NCBI RefSeq assembly: GCF_018977255.1
Contig: NW_024704743.1
Span: 62,684,001-62,748,000 of the forward strand
Origin: Callorhinchus milii
Taxonomy: Eukaryota
Reading direction: 5' to 3'
DNA: 64,000 bases
The position numbers and the translations under genes were made by a program. Shown here piece after piece: positions 13,001 through 27,210 of the stretch. Within the stretch, counting starts at the first letter, position 1. Every line of letters begins with the position of its first letter. Below the pieces are notes generated by a model. That model was not told where the DNA came from, did no database searches, and saw only the letters and a program-made list of their open reading frames with translations.

Positions 13001-13841
13001 TAAACTCTACAAGTGCAAATTATTACTCTTGGATCTTTATTCAACTCTTCCTGCGCTAATTCTCATAATTATATATGTATGTCCCATGTATTTCTACCAA
13101 TGTGCATAGTTTTACATTTATCAATGTTAAATATCGTTTGTATGTGTCTCCCAAATTCCAAAATCAATCTAAATCCCTCTGGAAATCTTTTGCTGTATCC
13201 TCTGTCTCTACATTTTCCCCCTATTTTTATATTGTTAGGAAATTTGACCAGCTTTATACTTGTAATATACAGTCAATTCACTTTTCAGTATATTCTGTGA
13301 AGCTCTTTGTGATGTGTTGAAAACGTGATAAGGCGCTATATCAAATGCAACGATTATTATTAATAAAGGTTCAAGAAATGAACCTAGTGAGATTCCAGTC
13401 TGATATATATCCTGAAGTATAACAGAGTTATTTGTTGTACAGTGGAATTGAGTCAATAGATTTGGAACAACTGAAGAGAATTCCTGGCTCTTCTGGCAGC
13501 ACTCAGCAATTCCAAAGGTGTACTGACCACTCTCCATGCCACAATATGAAAATACAGTTCAATCAGTTTGAAGGAATGGAGCTGCAATTCTTGGGTCTTC
13601 TCGAGATGAAAGGTGCTATTTAAATGCAATTTGTAGTTGTTGTTTGCACTTGTAACATCTTTTCAACATGTTCTAGCAAATTACTAAAGTCCTCCAGTTC
13701 CCTTGCTCCTTTCTTCGTATAATTGTTTTTCCTAATTATTTACATTCTAGTTGATCTACTTACCCATTTTAGAGAATGCTTAGTTTGTACATATTCTGCC
13801 AATTCACTGAAGGAGTTACTATCCTTATACACTATATTCAC

Positions 13842-13997
13842 CTTTTATGAGTGTCTGGATAACCTCTCTGTGTCCCATCTCACAGGCCCGGAAAAGTGGT
13901 GTGTGCTTCATCACGTCCAAGGCATCTACCTGGGCTCCGTATTCTAACAATAACTTCACTGTGCTGACGTGACCTGACAGTGCAGCAGCATGCAGAG
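13842..13997 (-). CDS. INVS: Inversin exon (approx. human exon 9), not in ORF track
   Basis: catctag|CT...AAAG|gtgaat, 156 nt, phase 1-1; (A)LHAAALSGHVSTVKLLLEYGAQVDALDVMKHTPLFRACEMGHREVIQTLIK(G). Confidence 0.97.
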
Positions 13998-16479
13998 CTA
14001 GATGTAGAGAAATAAAAAAATAGAAGCTTTGAATTAGACAATTAGATTTTCAGCAAAAATGTTTACGCTGCTTGAGCAGTCTGACATTTCAGATAATAAC
14101 AATCCTTGCATATAGCACCTTTCACATTGGGAAGGACGTCTCAAAGTGCTACACAGGATTTACTGTGAACTTATTCAAAAAATATATAAATATAAAGCAC
14201 TTAGGCAATTCCAGGTAACGTTTAATATACATCAGCTTCTTTTGTTTAGAGTCCTGATACAAACACAATTTATCATTCAATTGTGGGTGTAATGTTTGAC
14301 TCATTAAATGGCCGTTCTTTCCTCACTCGATCTTTCTGAATGTCAGCTTTAGTTTGGCTCGATCATTCATGCAAGTCATTATCAGTTCTTTTTATAATTT
14401 TCAGTGTACAACAGTGCAGACTATGTCCCAATATGTGGGATGGAGAAATATCACCAACTCAAGCCTGCCTCAGCTGGTTCAACTTTTGGCCTTCAATAGA
14501 AACTAGCAATTGATTTGAAAATTTGCTTTTGATGTGGATCTTTTCAGTAACTGATATCCACAATGAGGTAAAACGTATGACCTTGCTTAACCATTTTCCT
14601 TGTGCTAATTAACACAGCCGGACATGGAATCAGATCTGCTGGGTTATTAGAAGGAAAACGGGTTGGGTAAGTAAAGGCCTCAGGCATGGCACTGATCACA
14701 CAAGATCACAAGATTAGTTTGGATGAAGAAGACCCTTTGGTCCATTCAATCTCATCCTTCCAGACCACCACCACACTGTTCTTCACACACCCCCCATCCC
14801 CACCCCACCCCATCACAGCATCAAGCTTCTTTTTCAATGAGTTGAGTGTCCAAGCCTCTGCCACTTCCTAACCACACATGGATGAATATCTAATGAATAG
14901 ATATGAATTGGTGCTCCCATGGCTAGAAATAATGGCAGGACTCAGCTCCTTGCTCAATAAAAAAACATGTTGGCAAATGGAATATTCAACAGGACTGGGC
15001 GTAGCATCCTGAGGTGGTGATAGTGGGAGAAATAATATTCAGGACCAAATCAGTTGCTAATGATAGGTTTTAAGATTTTAACAACATTTTCTGTCCTGGG
15101 GATGATTTTGGACAGTTGGGCAATATATAAATTCTCATTTGACAATTTCTTATTTTTTTTACTGGAGGATAGAAATATTAGTCTAACAATGATCAGAATG
15201 TCAGAACATAATGGCTTTCAGATATCCACATTTCTAAAAGGAGAATAGAATTGTACATTTCCTCTAGGACATATCTAATTCAATTTTCACCTCTGTGGTA
15301 ATTAAATAGCATCCTTGAAACCTGCACCTCTGAGAGATACATTAATGGGATCCTGGGTAGTGTGAAACATTCTAGCTCTGTATTTATAACTATCTCTGTA
15401 TTTGTATTAAATAACAGTTTGGTTTCCTTGGGAGGTTAATTTTCACATTAGTGCACATTAGACTGTGTGAATGGATAAGGAAGGAGGATAAATGTCAGGA
15501 TGCTGGGGAAAAAAAACAAGCTAGAGCTGGAGAGAAATAAAAGCAAGTCTGCATTTGGAGGGAGAGATCAATTTGTGCCAGTTGTGAACGATTGTGAACT
15601 GTGACATTTTGAAACTGCCTTCTGAAACTGATAAATTATTTTGTGAATAAATCCTTTTAATATTTTTTTCACCTTTTATCAATTATTTCATTCTTGAACT
15701 GTATGTACTGTATTAATAATTTATTCTGCAAAATTAAAGATTAATGATCAAAAATCATTACTGATTGAAAAAATATTGATACTCAGAGTCATTATTATTG
15801 CAAGTATTGATCCTGATTCATAAGTAGCGTAGCTGCTGGAGGCATCAATAAAATGTAACCAAGACATTAAAATTGTGGCAAAACCAGAAATTAATATTGT
15901 GGCGCTAATAAGTATCACATATCTCACTCCCTCTATATTCCTTTTAAAAAAAGATTGTGTATTGGTGAGTACAATCTGTTTCTTCAGGAACACATGACGA
16001 GGGACAGATGTCAACATGATTGACAGGGGTCTGGATATTTACCTCAGAAGTATGTTTTAGAAATCATTGAAACAACAACTTCTGCGATCCACAATACCCA
16101 GAAGGCCTTCACTATTTGAGATCTCTAAGTTTAAAGAATTACAGTACATTCCAGAGATTAGAAGAACTGAATGTTTGGCCACTGATGGTGGCCCAGAGAG
16201 GTGGTGGCTGCACAGTAAGCCTAAGTTAGCTGAGTAGAGGGTGCAGGCCTAGGAGTACACAAGAGGAGATTGGAGAGATAAGGGAATGCCAGAGAGTGGA
16301 TGGATTTGTAGCGGATGAGAATCTTGAAATCAATCTGCTGGGAGAGTGAGAACCAGTGGGGACTGGGTGGGACTCTGGTGATGGGCTTGCATAGTTTGTT
16401 GAAGGTGAAGACGGGGCTGGGGAAGTTTTGGATGCATTTTGTGAATCCTGGAGCTAGGGAGACCAGCAAGGAGTCCATA

Positions 16480-18338
16480 CACACCTGGCTCAAATCCAAC
16501 CTAACGGTTCACTGCCAGATTTGGCTGGACTGCATCAAACCTATCGCTTCGGCCTTGCCTCTGCCAAATCATACTCCAGGTTTGTCCGGGAGGCTAAGGA
16601 CATCTCCAAGCTCCTCTTCACCACAAACCAGCTTCTCATGCATCACCCACCTTCCCATGCATCGCACATCCTCTCCTGACAGATAGCATTAACCTATATC
16701 TGTCCACCAGCACAATTCCCACCCCTTTAAAAACCACTGTCATCACCCGGACCCTCAAAAAAACCTTCCCTCGACCCATCTCTATTTTCTAACTACTGTC
16801 CCTTCTCCAACTGTCAGCCTTCCTAACTTTTCCCTCCACAAGCTGCAGATCATTCAGAACTCTGCAACTCATGTCTTCTCCTGCTCTTGGCTCCGTGACC
16901 CTATCACCCCCACCCTATCGCCTGTCTCCATTGGCCACTCATTCCCCAGCGGATAGAGTTCCAAACCCTCATCCTTGCCTCCAAAGCCCTCCATGGCCTC
17001 GCTCATCCCCACCTCTGTGACCCGTTACTTCCATATACATCCGCCCGATCCCTCTCCTCAGTAGGCTCCAGTCTGCTAGATGTCCCCTGCCTGGCCCACC
17101 CCACCATTGGCAGTTGGGCCATCAGCCTTTCTGCTCCTACCCTTTGGAACACCACTCCACAGTCCCTTTGGCTTGCTCCTCGCTTACCTCCTTCAGGCCA
17201 TTCTCAAGAGCTCAATCTTCGACCGTGCCTTCGATCACCCTTCTACCCCCAAGCTCCCTGCCTCCACCCCTCCTGATCCCAACCCCCAGCTTGGGTTCAA
17301 ATCCATGATTGTCCAGTTCCTTGCGATGTCCTCCCGATGTAAAAGGCGCTACACAAATGTAATTTGTTGTTGCTGTTGTTGTCCCATCTCCAACCTCCTC
17401 TTCCTAGGTTCTGCAATGAGTCATTGCTTCCCAGCTTCACTCTTTCTTTTCCCGACACACCTGCATGCACCCCTCCAATCTGGTCTCCATGCTCCTCAAT
17501 TTTCAGTCAAAGTCACAAATGATATTCTGTCCACCTGTGACTAGGGCTCTCTCTGCCTCATCATCCTTCTTGATCTCTCTGCTGCCTTCGACAACTCTAT
17601 TCGTCTCTACCACCTTTCCTCTCAGCTCCACCTTCACAGTTCTGTCGTTGCCTGGTTTCACTCTTACTTTTCCCATCAATTCCACTTTGTATCTGCCAAC
17701 TGTTTCTTCTCCAGATCTTTCAATGTCATATGTGATGTTCCTCAAGGCTCCCTCTTGGCATGGGATTAACTTATAAATAATATAATAATCCTTGCATTTG
17801 ATATAGCGCTTTTCACGTCTTCTAGACGTCTCAAAGCGCTTCACAGAATAGACTGTAAAGTGAATTGACTGTATATTTGTGGGTGAAATGCAGCAGCTAA
17901 CTTCCATTAGCATGCAGGTTAGCATGCAGATGACACCCAACTATCTCTCAGCCTCCATTCTAGACTCCAGGACCGCTGCTGTCCTGACGGATTGTCTGTC
18001 AGACATCAAATCCCGGATGAGAGCTAACTTTCTCCAGTTGAATGTTGGCAAGACAAGAGACCCTCCTGCTTGGCTCCTGTCAGTGCCTTCCCACCTCAGG
18101 CACTGACATCATCACTATACATGTATGGAGCCTCGGTGTCGTATTCGTATCTCACCTGTCCTTTCTACCCCACATCAATGCATTGGCCCATTCACCTTCC
18201 CCCACCTCTACAACATTGCCCGCCTCCACATCGCTTTAATCCAACCCTCAGCTCAGGTGCAAACCCTCAACTGTCAAGCGTCTTTGGATTGTCCTTCCCA
18301 CGTGAAAGGTGCTATATAAATGCAATTATTTGTTGCTG
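16480..18338 (+). mobile_element. Cluster of decayed L2 fragments, with a SINE 3' end (about 17780-17900, minus) inserted; an adjacent minus-strand L2 piece lies at about 16215-16475
   Basis: Similarity to the L2 at 47210-48453 ([28 protein letters not shown]), with two L2 tails at about 17330-17380 and about 18280-18338. Confidence 0.8.
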
Positions 18339-19242
18339 TTAAGAAAGTCTAAGCGGGATGTGGAGAAAACGTGAATGAGTGTTTCAGCAGCAGTGGCACA
18401 ACACATTTACAAAAAAAAATTTACAAAATTCTTTTCTGTCCTTTACCATTCTGCAGAGTACTATTTTTAGGCCTTGTAGAAATACGAGATATTCAAACAG
18501 TGTTTCATTCTTCTCCTGTTTATCATGTCCTCGTGCATGTCATCAAAAATGACGTTCGTCTCCTGATAACATCACCCTCAACAAAATAGTTAAGTCTCCA
18601 TATGAAAGACAAGTGGTTATTCAATCACTGAGGACAGATATAGACACAACTGTACAATGTTGTGTTAATGCCAAGTTGGGATAGACCAAGTCAATATTTA
18701 CGTCAAGTAAATTTGCCTGTGATGTTGTCCACCAACCTCCAATCTATAAAGGTTTGCAATCTCTCTTCAGATGCAAATGTTCAGTGTTCTCTCTGCTTGG
18801 CATCCAGCAGGATGTCTGTAAAGCACTCCGAGATTTTACGTCTACGTAAAGGGCACTAAACAAATGCAAGTTGTTGTTGCCTTGGTTTGCTAATTACATC
18901 GAATCTGTGCTTTGGCAAACAACAACAACAAGATTATATTTGTATAGCTCTTTTCACATCGGGAGGACGTTCCAAGGCGCTGAACAAATAGTGAAATGAC
19001 TGGAATAGATGGGAGAAGACTGAAAGGCCTGACCTTTGTGGTCACTATCTACAACTGTGGCAGTCTACCCATGTCTACATCTCACCAATAACAGAATAAC
19101 AAAGCCTCACAACTCATGCTTTTTGTGTCAGTACAGTGCAAAGCCATTGCAGACCAGTGAACAATGTTCATGGTCTAACTCGATACCAGCATCCGGTCCA
19201 ATCTATAGATCAGAGAGGTGACCAGCCAGTGCTTCAGAATAT

Positions 19243-19564
19243 TATAATAATAATAATAATAATCCTTGCATTTGATATAGCGCTTTTCACGTCGGGAGGA
19301 CGTCCCAAAGCGCTTCACAGAACACACTGTAAAGTGAATTGACTGTATATTTGTGGGCGAACGCGGCAGCCAATTGCGCACAGCAATGTCCCACAAACAG
19401 TCGTAGATTGAAAATGACCAATTTATTATTGTTTTGTTTTGGAGGGATTATTATTAGGCTCTGTGTGGAGTAAGGAAACTTGCCCAAGGTTTCGCCCTCT
19501 GCCTGGAATTGAACTCAGGTCTCTCGCTTGCAAAGCGAGTGCTCTAACCACTGAGCTACAGGAC
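19243..19564 (-). mobile_element. Young tRNA-Ala-derived composite SINE (short subfamily)
   Basis: A box TAGCTCAGTGG, B box GAGTTCAATTC, anticodon arm CTCGC-TTTGCAA-GCGAG, Deu 3' segment, L2-like tail and (TTA)n; nearly identical to the copies at 23579, 53566 and 61920. Confidence 0.95.
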
Positions 19565-20737
19565 AGCAATTAGAGGATATGGAAAAGAGCAAGGAATAAG
19601 AATGGTTGGCTTCTTGAAGGAGCAAACTCTGACATGGAAAAATGGGCAGTATAGTCTCCTACTATGTGGTATGTTTTAACAATGAAAGGAAATACACATA
19701 CACATGAGAATTAAAACCGTTTCCAGAATTTTTGAGAAGTTACTTACTGTGGGTCCACATTGTACAAAGAGCCAGTCACTGCAACAGTGATTGTCAGATG
19801 GTCCAGTCCTAACCCTAACCCTGGTTTCAGTTCCAATTATAATTGGAACAGTGTCATAAAAGCTCTTAACACTTAATTTGGATCTCTGCTTTTAACACCA
19901 GAATCATAAGAGTGCCACGTGCACATTTGTCCCTCAACATTTTGTACCAATAAAAACATCTGCACAAAAAAAATAGTATTAGAACTTCACAGGATATTTT
20001 ACCAGGCTACTTTGCTTACTTGTTTAATTGCCTTCCACATACAGGACACAGGTTAGGTCACAGGAAATATACTGAATGGAAATCTAAGCTTTCTGCTTAA
20101 GGTCAACTCTGACTTTTTAAAATGTTTAATCCTTGCATTTGATACAGCGCTTTTCACGTTGGGACTTCTGTCATTGTTACATTCATGTCTAGATAGACCT
20201 TGTTCCACCCAATGTATTTTTTAAAAAAAACACTATCCCTCCAGTCATACTCTGTTTCATCATTGTTAGTAATAATTCTTGGATTATATATTTTTTACTT
20301 TCTGCTCACTTTTTTCTTTTTGATAAGTTACTTTGGGAAAGGATTCCAACTGTGCCAACAGAATTGTAAAGCCAAGACTTATCCTTTCCTCATCCAACAT
20401 TCACCTACACAAACTTTACAGCAGTGGGTCAGGGTCAATGATCAGGAATAAGAATCTCAGCTGAATTTTCCCCTCACATTCTAAGGGCACAGAGCATAAT
20501 TGTGATGTTCCAATTTCTGCCGTATCTGAGATGAGTAAACCCAACATATACAACAAATCAAAACCATAATTATTTTCGTGAGTCTGATTTAAGATATTCA
20601 TCCACTGAGCCGCCTGGGGTAGCCCTATCCCCATGTTTACTGAAACCACTCTTTTATAATTGAGGGTGACTATTGCATCGATATGTGCTGATTTGCAATA
20701 TAGCCCAGCAGGCTGTTCATCTTGTTTATTGCTGCCT

Positions 20738-21470
20738 CAACAACAACAACAACAAGAAGATTGCATTTATAGAGCGCCTTTCACGTCGAGAGGACGTCCC
20801 AAGGCGCTGGACAGTTGGGTCGGGACCTGAGCAGGGGGGAAATGGTCAGGGTGAGGGGAGGGAAGGGAGGGAGCGAGGAGGGGTTAGAGAGTCGAGAGGG
20901 GATGTGAAGGCACGGTTGAAGAAAAAGGTCTTGAGACCGGCCTTGAAGGAGGAAAGGGAGGAAGCACTGGGGTATGGAGTTCCAGAGCCAAGGGGCTGAG
21001 AGGATGAAAGCCCGGTCACCAATGGTCGGGTGGTTAGGGCAGGGGCTGTGGAGCAGACCGGAGCCGGAGGAACAGAGGGTACGGGCAGGTAAGTAGGGGG
21101 ATAGTAGGTCAGCGAGGTAGGAGGGAGCAAGGCCGTGAATGGCCTTGTAGGTGAGCATGAGGATCTTGAATTCGATCCTCTGGGGGATGGGGAGCCAGTG
21201 GAGGCGAGCGAGGGTGGGAGTGATGTGGTCGCGAAGCCTGGTGCGGGACAGTACACGAGCTGCAGAGTTCTGAATGACCTGCAGCTTGTGGAGGGAGGTG
21301 CCGGGAAGGCCGATGAGGAGAGAGTTCCCGTAGTCCAGCCTTGAGGTGATAAAGGCGTGGACCAGGGTTTCAGCAGAGTGAGGGGTGAGGTAGTGCCGTA
21401 GTCTGGCGATGTTCCGGAGGTGGTGGAAGGCGGTGCCAGTTGTGGCGCGGATGTGGGGAAGAAAGGACAG
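20738..21470 (-). mobile_element. Young L2 LINE 3' fragment
   Basis: Open frame [73 protein letters not shown], followed by the L2 tail and (TTG)n. Confidence 0.95.
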
Positions 21471-21499
21471 CCTCACACTGTTTTGACATAGTGAGTGAC

Positions 21500-21830
21500 T
21501 AATCAACAAACATGTCTAGATATTTTTTAGTTTCCCCCATGGTAAGTTCTATCCCTTTCATAGAGTACCTGCGTTTCCTATTCTGACATCCTATATGTAG
21601 TACCTTGCAATTTGCCAGTAATTAATCTTCATTTACCAATTATCAACCCACATGCATACCCAATCAAGCTCTCTTTGTAGGACCTTTGCTGCCTCTTCCA
21701 TTTCCACAGTTCTCCCCAACGTGGTGTCACCTGCAAACTATCTTACATTGGGTCTGCGAATCCAGGTCATTAATATATGCAAGGAACAGGAGGGGTCTCA
21801 GTACAGTCCCGAGGCATCCCTCAGCCCAAT
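21500..21830 (-). mobile_element. Old CR1 RT fragment
   Basis: Minus strand reads as decayed ..LFLAYINDLD..FAGDTTLG..LQRELD..KCKV. Confidence 0.7.
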
Positions 21831-23578
21831 GGTCACCCTCTTTTTCTACAAACTCGATCAATCTAAAGAGTGTTGGTGAGAATATCACAGAAGGAGAAAA
21901 AATATCCCAATGGAGCTAAAATTTTAGTTATTTGAATTATTTTCATTTGAAGATGACTCCCCCTCAAGCTATTTTAAAAAGATTCTGCTTCCTTTTTTTT
22001 AAAAGTCTTCTTTCACACACCATGCTGTCCAAGAGAGGGTGAAGGAACAGTTCCCAAGCTTCTTCTGAGACATTCTGAAAACAACCTGGGAAATGAATGA
22101 GATTAGACAGGGAATGGCTTTTGCCTATTGTACAGCTGAATCACTCTGCCCATGGAAGTCAAGCTGAATGGATAATAGAAAAAAAATAGCATTTTGTCTT
22201 TCTGAAGAAAAAAAACACACATGCTATTTTCTCAATCTCACAAAGGATGATGAATGCAACTCCTAAATCACTTTATTAATCTATTTTTAAAAATCACCTT
22301 TTGCCTGTGCATTAATTGGCTTTGTCGTCATGGTGAAGCCAGGATTATCATAACTCAGTTTATGGCAGACAGTTGTGGATTTATGCCAAATGAACGACAG
22401 GCTTCGTAGTTGGTAAGAAATGGAGAATTGGATAAGAGGCAAACTCCTGCTGTTCAAAAGATTGGGTACATTAAAGCCCTCCGTTGGCATGTTCTGACCC
22501 TCTTCTGAACCCAATTCTGTTTTCTGTTCCTCCTTTTATGAAAAAGACGGTGCTAAGCTGTTAAACAAGGAGCCCTTGGGGTGCCAATAACAGCACAACA
22601 AAAAAGAGCTGCTGTATCAGCATGGTCTGCTTCTTTCCACTATCAGTCATTCAGAAGCTGTTTGCTTGTTTCCCACTCAAGTACACAAGTCATCTTGTAA
22701 TACAGATTTTCAATGATGGAGTCACAGTGACCAAGGGGATTCTCAGGCCAGCCAACTACAAAAAGGGCTTTGTTTGCACAGCTAGCGCAGCTACTGTCAT
22801 GCCCAATAACTGACGACAGCACTGTACAGTGGCTTCTGCAACTGTGCTACTTGTTTCCTACACTAAGGAGGAGGAATTTCACATTCACCATTAACCTACA
22901 CAATGGAAAGCTTTCAGCACTGTCAGCGTCTATGGACAGACACACAGATTGAATTTCTTGTGGAACAGTCTCTATCTATCACCATGGAGCTGTGTAATGC
23001 CAAACAAGTCTTAACAGCGAACACACCCCAATTCAAAGCTGCACCACTTCGTATGCAAGAAACTGCATCCACCAAATACAATAATTTTATCGATGCCAGT
23101 CGTTACCACAGAGGGCAGCCTAATCCTTCATGCAATCACTTCTTCCCCAACATTCAACTGGTGTATGAACATGCACCCATGCTGTTCACTGTAAATGATA
23201 CATCTAATAAAACATGAATGTATGCACCATACAAAACAGTATTGTTTAAACATCAAACTGAAATGCCTGACTCCAAGCAAGAAACCAGATTCCTTAGCTC
23301 CTCTCAATTATGGTTAAAGTTAACTGCACAAATAACAACAAATTCCATTAAATTTGAACGATCAAGTACTTATGGGTATATAAAATATAATAAAAACATA
23401 GTGAAAGGCACTAAAGTAAAACTCACATAAATCATATCAGTCAGACCATAACACTTAATATGACTTACGAAGTCCAAGTTGCAGGCAAACTGTAGAAGTC
23501 GAAGAAAATCCGATTTAATCAATAATCTACACAGCGCATGCAAAATTTATTGCAGCCGGTAAGTGCGCTTGTGGTGAT

Positions 23579-23904
23579 AATAATAATAATAATCCTTGCA
23601 TTTGATATAGCGCTTTTCACGTCGGGAGGACGTCCCAAAGCGCTTCACAGAACACACTGTAAAGTGAATTGACTGTATATTTGTGGGCGAACGCGGCAGC
23701 CAATTGCGCACAGCAATGTCCCACAAACAGTCGTAGATTGAAAATGACCAATTTAATTATTGTTTTTGGTTTTTTGGATGGATTATTATTAGGCTCTGTG
23801 TGGAGTAAGGAAACTTGCCCAAGGTTTCGCCCTCTGCCTGGAATTGAACTCAGGTCTCTCACTTGCAAAGCGAGTGCTCTAACCACTGAGCTACAGGACT
23901 CCAC
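23579..23904 (-). mobile_element. Young tRNA-Ala-derived composite SINE (short subfamily)
   Basis: Full length. The 6-bp direct repeat ggtgat at 23573-23578 and 23913-23918 is the probable TSD. Confidence 0.95.
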
Positions 23905-24344
23905 GGGTTCTGGGTGATGGGTTAAGACTACATCTCCTGTGATTCAATTTGTCTTCACCCGTTGCCGCATGCACACTTACCGGCAAGCGTTGGAATCACA
24001 TTGAACTATGAGAAATGAAGTTTTTCTGTGAATAAGTCGAGGATCTACGTTTCCTGCGATTCAATGCAGCCAGCTGGTAAAGCCTCCGGGAAACACGGGT
24101 GTAATGGAGGGTAGGAGAGCAGCAGTATGAGTTAAAAGCAGAATAATACGAGTCGTGCAAAGAAATCTAAGTGCTTTTAATGTGAATATACGACTTAGGT
24201 GCTTATACAATTTATAAAGATAAGACTTATGCAAGTTTTACTGAATTTCCTGAATATAAATGTAATAATGTTGTTGTTGTTATTGGTGTTAGTTTCAGAG
24301 ACCCTAAAGTTTAGGCATTTGTGAATCCGAAACCTAATAAGGTA

Positions 24345-24855
24345 AAGTAATGCCAGAGTCTCCCTAAACCCTGAGACTTTTCAGAAGCATCGCTGCTGGT
24401 CTCCCTAACTCACACCCATCACTCCAGGTTCCAGTGTTGCCCTGTCTCCCAGTGGATCGACTTCAAGATCCTCACCCTGACCTATAAATCCCTTCACACT
24501 GAACCTCCCTATCTCTCTGATCATTTTCTACCTCACTCCTCTGATCGCTCGTTATGGTTAGGGAACTTGAGGTTGCGCTGCTTAAACTGTAAAGTTCCCT
24601 GCTCCCTCCATGTCACCATTAATGGCCAAGCCTTCAGCTGCTATGTCACTAATCTCTAAAACTCTCTCCTCTACATCTCCAGCTTGACCCTTTCTTTCTG
24701 ACTTTAAATTCCATCATAATACCTATTTCTGACTGTGGTCACCTCCCCTTATCTTTCTTCCTTTTCTTTCTCCTATGCTCAGGTCCGACCTCTCCATTGC
24801 AAAGCAGTCCAAGATGTTATCCCACATAAATGGCGCTAAATAAATAAAAGTTGTT
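24345..24855 (+). mobile_element. Old L2 3' fragment
   Basis: ggatcgacttcaagatcctcaccctgacctataaatccct and a decayed L2 tail. Confidence 0.7.
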
Positions 24856-25989
24856 CTCATAAACCTCATCAAGGTGGCCAGTACCTAGACACGTGCTGAG
24901 ATCCCTACCACTACCATCTCTTGAATGCCTGGGATACCAAACCAAAAAGTTTGTACTTACTACATACACCTATCCCTTTACTGGGCTATAAGCCAGTGAG
25001 AGACAAAACAAGAGTGAGGCAAACAGCAAGAAAGCAAAATAGAAAGCAAGAATACGAACATATGTGAAGAGTCATCATGGAAGGTTAGAAAGCAAAAAAC
25101 TTTCATCAAATACATAAGCAAAGAAGGCACACACCTGTAGGGATTAAAAAAAGGGTAATTTTCTAAGAAAAATATATCTAAGCAAGATTTATTTTCAAAT
25201 TCTACAAAAGACAGACCGTAAGAGAATCCACAAGCAATCTAATCTGATTGCCCGGTTAATTCAACTTCACAGCTTGAAATTCTGCTTCCTGTTGGCAGAT
25301 TCTGACTGATTTTTCCCTTTCTGGCACTGATTCATCTTGAGTACAGTTTTGTGAGCGCTGGATACCTACAGTAAGTGATCATTCTTCCTTAAGTGGTCAT
25401 TCTTCAGATACCAAGTTTTGGCAGGTTATGAGACCATGAGGGCCTCATACCCTTTTCTCACTCATTCTCTCCCACCCCCACACACATCAAGGATTACTTT
25501 TGCAACAACATATCATCAGTAGGGTAAAACTAATCAGTCTCACAACAGTCTAAACCCAGCTAACGTTCCCTATTTGTGGGTGAACAATCACACACACAGA
25601 CACACACTTTCCAGCAGGGCCCACTGCATAGAATTAGGAACAATGATTTTTTCCAAGACTTCAAGATGCCATTCTAACAAAGAAGAACCTGTCATCCTAA
25701 TAAAGCAGCCTGACGAAGAATATCTCAGTGGGAGGTGAGATCTCATTGTGATTTTCAGTAAATAATACTGGAAAAAAAACAAATTACAGAAAATTTGCAG
25801 ATTAACACACACACAATACACAGTCTGTACAGAGCCATCAACATTTCTGAAGTTACATCTTTAAAAAGTAAAGGACAAAAAAGCACAAAAAAGTAAATAT
25901 ACGTACTACCAATAGCTCCTAACAAATTATTTAAATTTAGAAAGGTATTAACTAGGAACATCTATAAGGTAGCAACTACAAGAATAAGG

Positions 25990-26156
25990 TATCAACGAGG
26001 GAACCAAAAGAAAATTTAGGATAAACATCTTCACTTAGAGGGTAGCAAGAATATGAACTTGTTACCCAAAGCGGTGGTTGAAGTACAAACACCAGCACAA
26101 ACTGGTTAGGCCGAGTGGTCTGTTTCTCTGCTGTACAGTCATGTAATTTATGTAAA
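25990..26156 (+). mobile_element. CR1 3' fragment, internally deleted
   Basis: ttcacttagagggtagcaaga.. and the 3' end ggccgagtggtctgtttctctgctgta..atgtaatttatgtaa. Confidence 0.65.
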
Positions 26157-26294
26157 CGAATTATCTGACCTCCCACCATACAATTGTCAATGCTGAAGTC
26201 TGGATTAGGGCTTTCAACGTGGGCTAGTGGAATCAGGGCTTTTGGGTAAACAGACCACAATTCTCAGAAAAAAGCATGATCTTGACATTCAGAA

Positions 26295-26895
26295 ACTGTG
26301 ATCTGCATGGACTTCCCAATTCTTTCCTCCGCAAGCTGCATACCATCCAAGACTCCCTATCATCCCCATCCTCGCCTGGCTCCACGGACTCCTCATGCCC
26401 CAGAGGACTGAGTTCAAGGTCCTTGTCCTCATTTTTAAATCCCTCCATGATCTTTCCCCACCCTACCTCTGCGCCTTTCTTGATCTATCCACCCCCCACA
26501 CCCCCCAACCTCTCGGCAGGCACTGACCTGCTTCCCGTCCCCCGCCCTGCAGGCCCCACCATCAGCGGCTGAGCTTTCAGCCTGTCTGCCCCCACTCTCT
26601 GCTTTCCCTTGACTCCTTCAAAGTCTGTCTCAAGATCTTTCTCTTCTGACTGAACCTTCATCACCAATACCCATACAATTATCCCTCCAAATAATACCTC
26701 CAAAAGAAATAATAATAATAATTTGGTCAATCAATCCACGACTGTTTGTGGGACATTGCTGTGTGCAATTGGCTGCTGCGTTTTACCCACAAAATATGCA
26801 GTCAATTCGCTTTACAGTATATTATTGTGAAGCGCTTTGAGACGTCTCAAAGACGTAATAAGGCGTTATGTCAAATGCAAGGATTATTATTATTT
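26295..26895 (+). mobile_element. L2 fragment followed by a 5'-truncated Deu-tail SINE (about 26705-26895)
   Basis: L2 3' ORF similarity; ctgtttgtgggacattgctgtgtgcaattggctgc...aaatgcaaggattattatt. Confidence 0.8.
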
Positions 26896-27038
26896 TATAT
26901 TGTTACAATTAGCTTTGCAAGCATATGGAATTCTTATTATGGACTACAAGTGTGCCATCTTATTCTTAAATAGGTGAAACCACAAATGGGTCTCCACACA
27001 ATAATGTAAGTGCAACCAGTGATTTTTGTCTCACTAAC

Positions 27039-27210
27039 CTGTTCCGCCATACTTGTCCGATATGTTAATATCAATGTCTGACTTCAGCCTCAGCATTGTC
27101 CGCATGACATCATCACTACCCTTTCCTGCAGCCCACATAAATGCAGTTCGTCCCTCCAGGTCGGGATCATCTTTCACGGATGGATGATTCAAAAATACTT
27201 CAACAGTCTC
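27039..27210 (-). CDS. INVS: Inversin exon (approx. human exon 8), not in ORF track
   Basis: tttacag|GAG...ACAG|gttagt, 172 nt, phase 0-1; ETVEVFLNHPSVKDDPDLEGRTAFMWAAGKGSDDVMRTMLRLKSDIDINISDKYGGT(A). Confidence 0.97.

Noticed and set aside
19808..19822. Telomere-like cctaaccctaaccct
   Set aside because: Only about 2.5 units, too short to call an interstitial telomere.
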